NCBI GenBank assembly: GCA_964434265.1
Contig: CAYSUK010000001.1
Span: 175,126 to 239,125 of the forward strand
Reading direction: 5' to 3'
Origin: an uncultured Christensenella sp.
GTDB taxonomy: Bacteria; Bacillota; Clostridia; Christensenellales; UBA1242
DNA: 64,000 nt
Positions 10,258 to 20,855 of the stretch are shown here, piece after piece; the stretch's first letter is position 1, and each line of letters begins with the position of its first letter. The position numbers and the translations under genes were made by a program. The notes beneath the pieces were generated by a model that worked only from the letters and a program-made list of their open reading frames with translations, searched no databases and was not told the origin of the DNA.

Positions 10258-11469
10258 ATGACATTTTCCGTTTTGAATATATCAGAGGACATCTTAATAG
10301 GAAAACAACGTGTGCAAAATATCGACCGCTTGTCTAAGCTGTTACATCTTAATGGCGGGACACTAAATGAGTTTTGCGTACTTTTTCCGTCTGTCGGGTC
10401 AATATGTGATTACTTAAATTCGACTGATAGTGATTGTATAATCATTTTAAGTGATGGCAATTATAAATCAAACAATGCTATTAGAAATGCCGTATGTAAT
10501 GCATTTGAATTAGACCTTGTTATATCTGACAGTCTTTCAAAAACAATCAAAACCTTTGCTCCAGATATGTCTGAAAATACACTTAAAGACGAATCATGTA
10601 TTCCGCAAAATTCGTCGATACTAGTAAATCCGTTCGGTTATCTACAAGGCTGGTTGCTTGAAGATAGAAAAGATGTTTTCTTCTTTCAAAACTCCACTGA
10701 TGTTCTAAACTACACACTCTCAAATTCGGTAATTCCTTATCTGAGAAAAAGTCTTAAAAAGTCGTTTGAGTGTGTACAAATCAAAATGTTTGGCATTCGA
10801 GAATCTGATGCTGTTGAGATTTTGCGAGATACTCAAAATAGTTTTTCCGATATTATTTTTGAATTTTATCAAAATGGACAAGTATTGGATTTACTGCTTA
10901 GGTATTCGTCAGACATAAGCCAGGCTAGGGTATCTGATTGTATAAGTTGTATTTATGAAAAATTGCGTAAGTTTATAGTCACAAATGACGACACAACCAT
11001 CTACCAACTTGCCCTTGATCTACTGACAATTTCAAATAGGACATTGGGCATATACGAAACGGTTACTGCCGGAAATATCATGTCAAATTTGTCCGAATGC
11101 AATGGTGTTTCAAAACATCTGATAAAATACGGCAAGGTAAGTTTTGCTCCACAAAACACAATAAGCGAATTGGATATAAATCCAAATCTTACAAATCAGT
11201 ATGGCTATGTAAGTGTAAATGTTGCTTACGAAATCGCAAGCACGTTGCTGGACAGAACAAAGTGTGATATTATTCTCCTTACCCTTGGCGATTTAGAGAA
11301 CGACAACATGTGTTTTACAGCCGTGGGCGACAATGACGGTATTCACATATACAAAAGCAAGGTAAATGTAAATAGTGATGCAAAACAAATACTTAGTGAC
11401 ACAGCAATTTTCTATTTAATTAAAAAACTTAAGCAAAATGATTTGTATTTTAACAAAATTATAGTATAA
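10258..11469 (+). CDS. cinA: CinA-like protein, divergent (competence/damage-inducible family by position and length)
   Basis: 403 aa between pgsA and recA, the classical cinA position. Weak similarity to the CinA N-terminus (ISEDILIGK) and to the PncC-like C-domain (ETVTAGN where ESCTGG is expected). Canonical motifs are degenerate. Confidence 0.5.
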   Translation: MTFSVLNISEDILIGKQRVQNIDRLSKLLHLNGGTLNEFCVLFPSVGSICDYLNSTDSDCIIILSDGNYKSNNAIRNAVCNAFELDLVISDSLSKTIKTFAPDMSENTLKDESCIPQNSSILVNPFGYLQGWLLEDRKDVFFFQNSTDVLNYTLSNSVIPYLRKSLKKSFECVQIKMFGIRESDAVEILRDTQNSFSDIIFEFYQNGQVLDLLLRYSSDISQARVSDCISCIYEKLRKFIVTNDDTTIYQLALDLLTISNRTLGIYETVTAGNIMSNLSECNGVSKHLIKYGKVSFAPQNTISELDINPNLTNQYGYVSVNVAYEIASTLLDRTKCDIILLTLGDLENDNMCFTAVGDNDGIHIYKSKVNVNSDAKQILSDTAIFYLIKKLKQNDLYFNKIIV

Positions 11470-11490
11470 TACTTATAGTACAAATGTTTG
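11465..11490 (+). promoter_or_regulatory. recA promoter -10 element plus LexA (SOS/Cheo-type) operator
   Basis: TATAAT at 11465-11470. The box GTACAAATGTTTG at 11478-11490 matches GAAC-N4-GTTC with 2 core mismatches. It is nearly identical to the box upstream of lexA (GAACAAATGTTTG). Confidence 0.55.
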
Positions 11491-11508
11491 ATAAATTGAG
11501 GTAAAAAT

Positions 11509-12501
11509 ATGGACGAAATGAAAAAGAAACAGTTGGAGCAAGCCATACTCCAAATAGAAAAACAATTTGGCAAGGGCTCAATAATGAAACTTAGTGAAGG
11601 TGCTACTACACACGTAGATGTAATTCCTACTGGTTGTTTGACACTTGATTATGCACTAGGGATTGGGGGAGTTCCAAGGGGACGTATTGTCGAGATATAT
11701 GGACCTGAGAGCAGTGGTAAAACGACTGTTGCTTTACACATACTTGCCGAAGCACAAAAGCTTGGCGGAACAGCAGCATTTATCGATGCTGAGCATGCAC
11801 TTGACCCTTCGTATGCAGAAAAACTTGGTGTAAACATAAACGAACTTTACATTAGCCAACCTGATAATGGCGAACAAGCGCTTGACATATGCGAAACACT
11901 AGTACGTAGTGGCGGCGTGGATATAGTCGTTATTGACTCAGTTGCAGCACTTACTCCAAAGGCCGAAATTGATGGTGAGATGGGCGACAACTTTATTGGA
12001 ACACAAGCACGTCTTATGAGCCAAGCACTTAGAAAACTTACTGCCATTACAAATAAGAGCAAAACTTGTGTTATATTTATAAACCAACTTCGTGATAAAA
12101 TTGGTGTAATTTATGGAAGTCCAGAAACGACTACTGGTGGTAAAGCGCTTAAATTCTATTCATCAATTAGACTTGATGTAAGAAAAGCTGATGTTATCAA
12201 AGACGGCAGTGAGATTATAGGAAATCGCACACGCATCAAAGTAGTTAAAAATAAGATGGCACCTCCATTCAAAACAGCCGAATTTGACATTATGTATGGA
12301 AAGGGTATAAATAAAGAAGGCTGTGTCCTTGACCTTGCAATCGAAGCTGATATCATTCAAAAGAGTGGTTCGTGGTATTCGTACAACGGAAACAAAATCG
12401 GACAAGGTAAAGACAATGTTGCTATTTTCTTACGTGAAAATCCAGAAATTTTTGACGAAGTAAAAAATACATTAAAAACAAAAATGGGTCTTGATGCCTA
12501 A
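11509..12501 (+). CDS. recA: recombinase RecA
   Basis: Unmistakable RecA sequence ([12 protein letters not shown], Walker [10 protein letters not shown]). Confidence 0.98.
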   Translation: MDEMKKKQLEQAILQIEKQFGKGSIMKLSEGATTHVDVIPTGCLTLDYALGIGGVPRGRIVEIYGPESSGKTTVALHILAEAQKLGGTAAFIDAEHALDPSYAEKLGVNINELYISQPDNGEQALDICETLVRSGGVDIVVIDSVAALTPKAEIDGEMGDNFIGTQARLMSQALRKLTAITNKSKTCVIFINQLRDKIGVIYGSPETTTGGKALKFYSSIRLDVRKADVIKDGSEIIGNRTRIKVVKNKMAPPFKTAEFDIMYGKGINKEGCVLDLAIEADIIQKSGSWYSYNGNKIGQGKDNVAIFLRENPEIFDEVKNTLKTKMGLDA

Positions 12502-12512
12502 TAATTTATAGT

Positions 12513-12543
12513 AAAAAAGAAGATGTACATCTTCTTTTTTTTT
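12513..12543. terminator. bidirectional terminator between recA (+) and the PBP gene (-)
   Basis: Palindrome AAGAAGATGTACATCTTCTT flanked by an A-run upstream and a T-run downstream. Confidence 0.75.
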
Positions 12544-12546
12544 ATC

Positions 12547-14865
12547 TTAATAAAAGTACCAAGGCATGTCGGTGTTGTTTTCAATCTCAGAATGGTTTTC
12601 ATTAATATTAAGTAAATAATTTTCAAAATAATTTGGTGTAATTACGCTTATCATGTTGCTAGTAGCCACTACATTATTATAAATAGAGTAGGCTTCGATT
12701 TGATAATTGTATTGGGTATTTGGCTCAAGATTTTCATGCATATATGTCACATTTCCGTTTTTGTTTTCAATAGTAGTGATTAGGCGACCATTTGATATAA
12801 TGTCATAAATTAGATAATCCTTGGCGTCAAAAGAAATCTCATTTGCACTATCTTTATTTACGACCTTAAATGATGTTAAATCAATATTACTAAATGTTGT
12901 ACTGGTCTCTGTCGGAACATTATTTTTTGAAAATATCGCTTTAAATTTATATCTTGGTGGAGTGCTATTATCCGCCAATTTTACTAGATGTTCATCTTCA
13001 AGACAGAGTCTGTCAATATCAAGTTCGACTATTCCGTCAGGTTGTATAATCTCACTTGGATAGTTATCTTTATATAACTTTTCAAAAGTAGTTTTTATAA
13101 GGCTTGTAGCATACGTTCCGCCATTATTATTTCCTTCAAGATTGTGCTCGCTATCATACGAATAGTTCCCATACCATACACCCATGGTGTGACTAGATGT
13201 ATATGCAATTGAAATGGCATCGGTATTTTGATTTGTTCCTTTTACGGCGACTGTTCCTGTTTTCCCATAGACAGGATAGGGTAGTGTGCTTAGTTTTTTG
13301 CTAGTGCCATTAGTAACCCCATAACGCAACAAATCTGTCGTAAGATAGGCAGTTTCTTCACTCATGACACTTTCACAATTTGTGGATTTTCGATAAATTG
13401 TGACCCCATCACGTGTTTTTATTTCACTTACATAACCGCACTTTGGCATATTTCCATTGTTTGAATATGGAAGATATGATGCAGTCAAATCTTTTAATGT
13501 AGTACCATAAGTAAATCCGCCAAGAGCAAGTGATAAGCCATTGTCGTTTTCATCAAATTTTATTCCACATTTTTCTGCCCATTTCTTGCAATTTTTCACA
13601 CCCAAATAGTCCATTATTTTGACAGCTGGTACATTAAGACTTTGACCTATACACTCATACATATTTACATATCCATGAAAAATATTTCCAACATTGTTTG
13701 GACTGTACCCGTCATAATCAACCTTTTCGTCAAGTATGGTCGAACAATTGTAAATAAGCCCTTCTTCAAGAGCGGGTGAGTACACCATCACGGGCTTTAT
13801 TGCGCTTCCTGGTTGACGTCGCATATCAACAAGGTTGTACTCACTATCTGTATACATTGCCTGGATTCCACCCGAAATATTATTCACTACTATTGCAAGC
13901 CTTTCACAACCATTGCCAAAGCTATTTGTCGGTATCTCATTTTCCGCCATACTTTCTTTGACCTTGTTTTGGATTTCACTATCTAGATAGGTGTATATTT
14001 TATAACCGCTTAATACTAAATCCTTTTCTGTCATGTCCAATATTTCACATGCCTCATTTATGGCACATTGTGTGTAAATATCAAAATTTGATTCAGCGGC
14101 ACAAGATATGTTTAGATTAAGTGGTGTGAGAGCAAGTTCTTCCGCATTAGATATCACACCATCTTTTTGCATTTCTTTTAAAACCAAATTTCTTCGATTA
14201 GTGCAATTCTGTTCGTTATAAATAGGAGAGTATGTATACGGCGACTTAATGATTCCAGCAAGTGTCGCACTTTCAGCAACATCGAGTTCGCTTGCATTTT
14301 TGTTAAAGTAGTGTTTGCTCGCTTCGTTTATTCCATAACATCCGTCACCAAAATAAATAACATTCAGATACATTTCCATAATTTCGTCTTTTGAAAAAGT
14401 CTTCTCAAGTTTTTTAGTAAGCATCATTTCTTTTACTTTACGCCTAATTGTTTTGTCGCTAGAAAGGTGGGTGTTTTTGATAAGTTGTTGGCTGATAGTA
14501 CTTGCACCTTCCTTAAATTTCATACTCTTAATATTGTTTAGCATAGCTTTAGCAATACGCTTGTAATTAAGACCTTTATGATTATAAAACTCTTTATCCT
14601 CAATTGACACAAATGCATCTATAGTATACTCGTTCAAATCAGATATTTTTACAATCTCATGACCTTCCGAACCCGTATTTGTAATGCTATTTCCAGCGTC
14701 ATCGTATACTAAAAACGACTTTGTAGACGCAAGTAATTTTTCCTTATTAAATGGTGTCGATTTGACTTCTTTCATAATACTGTTTATGTAAAAAACACAA
14801 AAAATTGACAGTAACACCACAACAGAAAGTATAACAATAAGTGTGATTTTTAAGGCTTTTTTCAT
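12547..14865 (-). CDS. class A penicillin-binding protein (transglycosylase/transpeptidase, PBP1A family) with C-terminal extension
   Basis: N-terminal TM, GT51 motif (EDKEFYNHKGLNY), transpeptidase motifs SAIK and KTGT. C-terminal beta-rich extension of ~150 aa. Confidence 0.9.
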   Translation of the reverse strand: MKKALKITLIVILSVVVLLSIFCVFYINSIMKEVKSTPFNKEKLLASTKSFLVYDDAGNSITNTGSEGHEIVKISDLNEYTIDAFVSIEDKEFYNHKGLNYKRIAKAMLNNIKSMKFKEGASTISQQLIKNTHLSSDKTIRRKVKEMMLTKKLEKTFSKDEIMEMYLNVIYFGDGCYGINEASKHYFNKNASELDVAESATLAGIIKSPYTYSPIYNEQNCTNRRNLVLKEMQKDGVISNAEELALTPLNLNISCAAESNFDIYTQCAINEACEILDMTEKDLVLSGYKIYTYLDSEIQNKVKESMAENEIPTNSFGNGCERLAIVVNNISGGIQAMYTDSEYNLVDMRRQPGSAIKPVMVYSPALEEGLIYNCSTILDEKVDYDGYSPNNVGNIFHGYVNMYECIGQSLNVPAVKIMDYLGVKNCKKWAEKCGIKFDENDNGLSLALGGFTYGTTLKDLTASYLPYSNNGNMPKCGYVSEIKTRDGVTIYRKSTNCESVMSEETAYLTTDLLRYGVTNGTSKKLSTLPYPVYGKTGTVAVKGTNQNTDAISIAYTSSHTMGVWYGNYSYDSEHNLEGNNNGGTYATSLIKTTFEKLYKDNYPSEIIQPDGIVELDIDRLCLEDEHLVKLADNSTPPRYKFKAIFSKNNVPTETSTTFSNIDLTSFKVVNKDSANEISFDAKDYLIYDIISNGRLITTIENKNGNVTYMHENLEPNTQYNYQIEAYSIYNNVVATSNMISVITPNYFENYLLNINENHSEIENNTDMPWYFY

Positions 14866-14973
14866 ACTACAATTCTCCCAATTTTATTATTATCAAATTT
14901 AATCTAATTATTATAATAATTAAACTTGAAAAGTTGGCGATTTTTATGTATAATTAATGTGGAGAATTATGTT

Positions 14974-16290
14974 ATGACTAAAGAAAAGTATTTTATAAAA
15001 ACATATGGTTGTCAAATGAATGTGCACGAGAGTGAAAAACTCGCAGGCATGCTGATGTCTCTAGGCTATACTGAAACAGACAAAGCGGACGATGCTGATG
15101 TTATTGTGTACAACACGTGTTGTATTCGTGATGGCTGTGAGCAAAAAGTATTTGGAAATTTGGGTTCGCTCAAACCACTTAAAAAGAAAAAACCAAATCT
15201 TATCATTGCAATATGCGGCTGTCTTACACAAGCTGAAGGCAGAAAGGACTATATCGCAAAACGTTTTCCTTACGTGAATATAGTTTTTGGCACACACAAC
15301 TTACACGAATTTAAAAACTATCTTTTGCGTTATAAAACAGACCGCCAAAACGTGTACGATATATGGGAACAAGAAAAGCCTATTAATGAACACGTCGATA
15401 TGTATCGAACAAGCGACTATAATGCATGGGTAAATATTATGTATGGCTGCAACAATTTTTGTAGTTATTGTATAGTGCCATATGTAAGGGGTAGAGAACG
15501 TAGTCGTGACATGACTGATATAATAGACGAAGTAAAGGGACTAATCAAAGACGGATATAAAACAATTACACTTCTTGGTCAAAACGTAAATAGTTATGGC
15601 AATGACTTAGACGACAAGGAGACAACTTTTGCAAATTTGCTCACAACTCTTGCAAATCTTGATGGAGATTTTCGCATAAAATTTATGACCTCACACCCAA
15701 AAGACTTAACTGATGAAGTTATAAATGCGATTGCAACACATGAAAAATTGGCAAAAGTCATTCATCTTCCTATACAATCTGGAAACAACAAAGTATTAAA
15801 AGAAATGAACCGTAAATACACACGTGAACATTATCTTACATTGATAAACAAAATAAGAAATGTAATGCCTGATTGCTATATCTCTACTGACATTATAGTA
15901 GGCTTTCCAGGTGAAACAGATGCCGAATTTATGGACACATATAGTCTAATCGAGCAAGTGCGATACGATGGCGTATTTGCATTTATGTACTCACCAAGAA
16001 GCGGAACTATTGCTGAAAAAATGCCAAACCAAATCCCTGAAAACATTAAGAATGAAAGAGTAAACAAGTTGTTAAAACTTTCAAAAGCTATCTCAAAAGA
16101 GAAAACGGCAGAACTTAAAGGCAAGACACTACCAGTTCTTGTGCGAGAAAAAGTAGGTGATGATTATTGTGCTGTTAGTGAAAGCGGACGCGATATTATT
16201 ATTAAGTCTGATAATGCTCTCACAACAAACAAATTTTACAATTGCAAAATTATATCGACTACAAACAAACAAATTATTGGAACAATCTAA
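14974..16290 (+). CDS. miaB: tRNA-i6A37 methylthiotransferase MiaB
   Basis: Start moved from the TTG at 14926 to the ATG at 14974 (GGAG 9 nt upstream). N-terminus MTKEKYFIKTYGCQMN, radical-SAM CNNFCSYC, TRAM domain. Confidence 0.9.
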   Translation: MTKEKYFIKTYGCQMNVHESEKLAGMLMSLGYTETDKADDADVIVYNTCCIRDGCEQKVFGNLGSLKPLKKKKPNLIIAICGCLTQAEGRKDYIAKRFPYVNIVFGTHNLHEFKNYLLRYKTDRQNVYDIWEQEKPINEHVDMYRTSDYNAWVNIMYGCNNFCSYCIVPYVRGRERSRDMTDIIDEVKGLIKDGYKTITLLGQNVNSYGNDLDDKETTFANLLTTLANLDGDFRIKFMTSHPKDLTDEVINAIATHEKLAKVIHLPIQSGNNKVLKEMNRKYTREHYLTLINKIRNVMPDCYISTDIIVGFPGETDAEFMDTYSLIEQVRYDGVFAFMYSPRSGTIAEKMPNQIPENIKNERVNKLLKLSKAISKEKTAELKGKTLPVLVREKVGDDYCAVSESGRDIIIKSDNALTTNKFYNCKIISTTNKQIIGTI

Positions 16291-16300
16291 GGAGAAATAA

Positions 16301-18931
16301 ATGGCTGAATTCAAAACAATTATCGACAAAGAAAAGCTCACACCAATGATGAGAAAATATGTCGAGACAAAGGAAAAGTATGGCGAATCAATATTGTTTT
16401 ATAGACTTGGCGATTTTTATGAAATGTTTTTTGACGATGCCGAGCTTTGTAGTAGAGTGCTTGGACTTACGCTAACGGGCAAAGATTGTGGATTAGACAA
16501 ACGTGCACCTATGTGTGGAATTCCATATCATGCAGTCGATGGATATGTACAAAAACTTATAAGAGAAGGATATAAAGTTGCAATCTGCGAACAACTTTCT
16601 CTTCCTACAAAGGGCCCAGGTTTGGTCGATCGCGATGTGATTAGGATTATCACACCAGGTACAGTTATTGATTCAAATCTCGTAAAGGAAGACCGCAACA
16701 CTTTCCTTGTCTCACTTTTTAAATCTAAAAATAATGTAGGCATGTCATATATAGATATATCAACGGGCGAATTTTTTGTAAGCGAATTTACAGGCGATGA
16801 TGTTTTGTCTAGACTAAATGATTCGCTTATTCGTATTAGACCAAGTGAAATTATCTGTAATACCGAAATGAAAAAATGTACTGATTTGCCATGCCTAAGG
16901 GGAAAATACGTCCCAGATTTTGAAGAATATGACCAATCAAATTTTGACTTTGAATTGTGTAGTAATATATTGAAAAAACAACTTAATACAAATAATTTAA
17001 AATCATTTGGAATAGCAAATAAAACCTATGCAATAATTGCAGGTGGCAGCATACTTAATTATGTTAAAGAAACACAAAAACGTGATTTGAGTCATATAAA
17101 CAAAGTTCAGTTTGAAATACATGACGAATATATGCAAATAGATGGCAGTACTCGTAGAAATTTGGAGATAAGCGAAACTACTAAGGACAGACGTAAATAT
17201 GGTTCATTGTTGTGGTTGCTTGACAAAACAAAAACCAAAATGGGTCAAAGAACACTTACAAATATTATAGAACAACCATTGTTTAATGCGACAAAAATCA
17301 ATTATAGACTTAAAGGCGTAGAAGAACTTTATAAAAATATTGTTGCTCGCGAAAATATAGGTGGCATATTAAATAAAATATATGACATTGAAAGATTATG
17401 CGGTAAAATCAGTTACAACAATATAAGTCCAAAAGATTGTGTATCACTTAAAAATTCTCTTATGATGTTGCCGGAATTGCAAGTTGCACTAAATAGTTTT
17501 GAAAGTCAAGTCATGTGTGACATAAAACAAAATATTTGCAATTTTGACGATGTTGTATTATTGATAGACAATGCGATTAATGAAGAGAAGGCCACATCAA
17601 CTCTTAAAGATTATGGTTTTATAAAAGAAGGATATAATGCCGAACTTGACGAACTTAACAACATCTCGACTTCTGGACGCAATTGGATTATCCAACTTGA
17701 AGCTAGCGAGAAAGAAAGAACTAATATAAAAGGGCTAAAAATTGCATACAACAAGGTTTTTGGTTATTATATTGAAGTTCCAAACAGTCAAAAAGACCTT
17801 GTTCCTTTCAACTATATTAGAAAGCAAACCATTGTAAATGCTGAAAGATATATCACTGAAGAATTAAAAACTTTGGAAGAAAAGATATTACATGCAGAAG
17901 AAAATAGGGTGAATCTCGAACAAAAACTTTTTGCAGAACTAAGAGAAAAACTATTGGGTTATATTGTCAATTTGCAAAAAACATCTCAAGCAATAGCGTT
18001 GTTAGATGCACTTTTATCGCTGGCTACAGTTTCCGCAGAGCGAAACTATGTCAAACCTATCATTTCAAAATCAATCGATAGTATAGAAATAATCGGTGGA
18101 CGACATCCAATTGTTGAGGCACTAAACAAAGATGAAGATTTTATTCCAAACGACACCATTTTAAATAATGGTGATTCGCGAATTATGATTATCACTGGTC
18201 CAAACATGGCTGGTAAAAGTACATACATGCGTCAAGTTGCACTCATAACATACATGGCACATATAGGCTGTTATGTCCCAGCAACAAGTGCAAAAATATC
18301 ACTAACCGACAAAATATTTACTCGTGTAGGTGCAAGCGATGACCTTAGTTTCGGCCAATCGACTTTTATGGTGGAGATGAGTGAAGTAAGCAATATTGTA
18401 AAGAACGCAACAGACAAGTCGCTTATAGTATTAGATGAAGTAGGACGTGGAACAAGCACATTCGATGGACTTTCTATTGCGTGGAGTGTGATTGAATACA
18501 TTTCTAAAAATCTCAATTCAAAGACACTTTTTGCAACACACTATCACGAACTTACTGACCTTGAAGGAACTTTGGACGGAGTTAAAAATTATAGAGTAAG
18601 TATTAAGGAATACAACAATTCGATAGTATTTCTTCGTAAAATTGTGCGCGGTGGAGCAAACAAAAGCTTTGGTATTGAAGTGGCTTCTCTTGCTGGTCTT
18701 CCTGATGAAATACTAAATCGTGCAAGAGACATTTTGCACATGCTAGAAGAAAACGACCTAAATCACACACCAACAATACAGTCCACATCAAATGACAATG
18801 TCACCAAAAAGGATTTTAGAGCGCAAAACGAAATAATAGGAATACTCAAAGACACAGACCTAAACACTCTTACTCCGCTTAGTGCTTTTGATATATTAGT
18901 CCAACTAAAAAGTTATTTAAAAGACAAATAA
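16301..18931 (+). CDS. mutS: DNA mismatch repair protein MutS
   Basis: 876 aa with an N-terminal mismatch-binding domain (TPMMRKY...GDFYE) and Walker A GPNMAGKST. Confidence 0.97.
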   Translation: MAEFKTIIDKEKLTPMMRKYVETKEKYGESILFYRLGDFYEMFFDDAELCSRVLGLTLTGKDCGLDKRAPMCGIPYHAVDGYVQKLIREGYKVAICEQLSLPTKGPGLVDRDVIRIITPGTVIDSNLVKEDRNTFLVSLFKSKNNVGMSYIDISTGEFFVSEFTGDDVLSRLNDSLIRIRPSEIICNTEMKKCTDLPCLRGKYVPDFEEYDQSNFDFELCSNILKKQLNTNNLKSFGIANKTYAIIAGGSILNYVKETQKRDLSHINKVQFEIHDEYMQIDGSTRRNLEISETTKDRRKYGSLLWLLDKTKTKMGQRTLTNIIEQPLFNATKINYRLKGVEELYKNIVARENIGGILNKIYDIERLCGKISYNNISPKDCVSLKNSLMMLPELQVALNSFESQVMCDIKQNICNFDDVVLLIDNAINEEKATSTLKDYGFIKEGYNAELDELNNISTSGRNWIIQLEASEKERTNIKGLKIAYNKVFGYYIEVPNSQKDLVPFNYIRKQTIVNAERYITEELKTLEEKILHAEENRVNLEQKLFAELREKLLGYIVNLQKTSQAIALLDALLSLATVSAERNYVKPIISKSIDSIEIIGGRHPIVEALNKDEDFIPNDTILNNGDSRIMIITGPNMAGKSTYMRQVALITYMAHIGCYVPATSAKISLTDKIFTRVGASDDLSFGQSTFMVEMSEVSNIVKNATDKSLIVLDEVGRGTSTFDGLSIAWSVIEYISKNLNSKTLFATHYHELTDLEGTLDGVKNYRVSIKEYNNSIVFLRKIVRGGANKSFGIEVASLAGLPDEILNRARDILHMLEENDLNHTPTIQSTSNDNVTKKDFRAQNEIIGILKDTDLNTLTPLSAFDILVQLKSYLKDK

Positions 18932-18941
18932 AAGGATTTTT

Positions 18942-20855
18942 ATGGGAAGAATAAACATATTAGACAAAACAATATACAATCGTATTGCTGCAGGTGAAGT
19001 AGTTGAAAAGCCAGCAAGTGTAGTTAAAGAATTGGTAGAAAACTCAATTGATGGCGGTGCAACTCAGATTTCAATAGATATAAAAAATGGCGGCATTTCA
19101 CGTATTAGAGTAAGCGATAACGGTTGTGGAATAGAAAAGGACGACTTGATACCTGCTTTTATGCCGCACGCAACAAGTAAGATCAAAAACCTAAATGACC
19201 TTGATAAAATCGGCACTCTAGGTTTCCGTGGTGAAGCACTGGCTTCTATTGCATCAGTTAGTATGATAAGCCTTACTAGCAAGGTGTCAAATTGTGACGA
19301 AGGATATATGATAAAGGTTGAAGGTGGCGAACTAGGCGAAATCACACCTGTTGGCACAATAAACGGCACAACAATCATAGTTGAAAATTTATTTTATAAT
19401 GTGCCAGCACGTGCAAAATTTTTACGTAAACCACGCCAAGAAGAAACAGAAATCACAAACTATGTTTCACGTTTGATATTAGCAAACCCGAATATCGCTA
19501 TCAAGTATATTTGCGACAATAAGGTTGTTTTTCAGTCAAACGGCAACGGACTTTATGAAGCTATGTACAGCATATACGGCAAATCGATTGTTGATAATGT
19601 TGTGGAATACAATTATAGTGAAGGCGATTTCAGCTTTAGTGGTTATTTAGGACTGCCTACTTTTTCAAAACCTAATAGAACTTACCAAACGCTAATTATT
19701 AATGGTAGATATGTCATAAATCAATCAATATCTATGGCTGTATTTAAGGCTTATGAAAATTATATTATGAAGTCTACTTTTCCGTTTTATGTCATAAATC
19801 TAAACCTTCCATTAGATAAGGTAGATGTAAATGTCCATCCAAACAAACTTGATGTGAAATTTGAAGATAGCAACAAGATTTTTGGAATGGTATATACAAG
19901 TGTAAGTGAAATACTATCAAAGCTAATGCTAGTAAAGAACATATCTGACGTCCCTGATGAAATAGAAGAAAAACCCATAACATCTTCATCACTATACAAT
20001 GTAAATCAAAATGAAGGGCAGTCATACATTCCTGAAAAGCAAAGTGATGACGACATATCTGAAGTTGAGATAACTGAGAAAGAAGTAAAATCAGACGAAA
20101 ATTCTACTCTTTTTGAAGACAACTTCCGTCAAATAAAATCTTTCCTTACCAAAACGAAAGAAGGCGATTATAGTGTCGAAGACAATGATTTTGCCTATCA
20201 ATTAGCTGAAAAGATGACCCAACAACAACTTGATATTTTGCCAAAAGCGTCTGCTCAAACCGAACTCAAACTTGACATTACAGACTTTAAAATTCTTGGC
20301 ACCTTATTTAATACGTATATACTCATTGAAAAAGATGACTGTTTGTACCTTATCGACCAACATGCCGGACACGAACGTGTTTTGTATGACAAATTTAAGG
20401 CGCAATTAAAAGATTCAAGCATCGCTGTCCAACCTTTACTCATTCCATACATGCTAAATGTTAATGCTCAAGAATATGATTATTTGCATTCAAATTTGGA
20501 CGTGCTTGCAAAAATGGGTTGGGAATTGGAAGAATTTGGTCACAATTCCTACAAGGTAAATACTGTACCTGTATTACTTAAAAATATTAGTTTTAACACA
20601 TTTTTCAATGAAGTATTGGCAAACTTAAACAATCGACTTACATTAAACAACTCGACAGTTCTTGAAGATTATATTGCCAAATCAGCATGTAAGGCTGCTG
20701 TGAAAGCAAACGATATTTTAAGCGAAATGGAAATAAAAATTTTGCTTACAAAATTATCGTCAGAAAACCAAGTTTTGCTCTGTCCACACGGGAGACCTAT
20801 AATACTTAAGATTACGCAAAAAGACATTGAAAAATGGTTTAAAAGGATAGTTTAA
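18942..20855 (+). CDS. mutL: DNA mismatch repair protein MutL
   Basis: GHKL ATPase N-terminus (IAAGEVVEKPASVVKELVENSIDGGA) and a C-terminal dimerisation/endonuclease domain. mutS-mutL synteny. Confidence 0.95.
   Translation: MGRINILDKTIYNRIAAGEVVEKPASVVKELVENSIDGGATQISIDIKNGGISRIRVSDNGCGIEKDDLIPAFMPHATSKIKNLNDLDKIGTLGFRGEALASIASVSMISLTSKVSNCDEGYMIKVEGGELGEITPVGTINGTTIIVENLFYNVPARAKFLRKPRQEETEITNYVSRLILANPNIAIKYICDNKVVFQSNGNGLYEAMYSIYGKSIVDNVVEYNYSEGDFSFSGYLGLPTFSKPNRTYQTLIINGRYVINQSISMAVFKAYENYIMKSTFPFYVINLNLPLDKVDVNVHPNKLDVKFEDSNKIFGMVYTSVSEILSKLMLVKNISDVPDEIEEKPITSSSLYNVNQNEGQSYIPEKQSDDDISEVEITEKEVKSDENSTLFEDNFRQIKSFLTKTKEGDYSVEDNDFAYQLAEKMTQQQLDILPKASAQTELKLDITDFKILGTLFNTYILIEKDDCLYLIDQHAGHERVLYDKFKAQLKDSSIAVQPLLIPYMLNVNAQEYDYLHSNLDVLAKMGWELEEFGHNSYKVNTVPVLLKNISFNTFFNEVLANLNNRLTLNNSTVLEDYIAKSACKAAVKANDILSEMEIKILLTKLSSENQVLLCPHGRPIILKITQKDIEKWFKRIV

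Noticed and set aside
14926-14973. N-terminal extensions of ORF-track models (also 26215-26256, 27676-27717, 30669-30716, 47237-47284, 51122-51145, 56873-56887, 57579-57590, 63826-63873)
   Set aside because: In each case an internal ATG with a good Shine-Dalgarno sequence matches the conserved protein N-terminus. The upstream extension also overlaps the preceding gene or its terminator.
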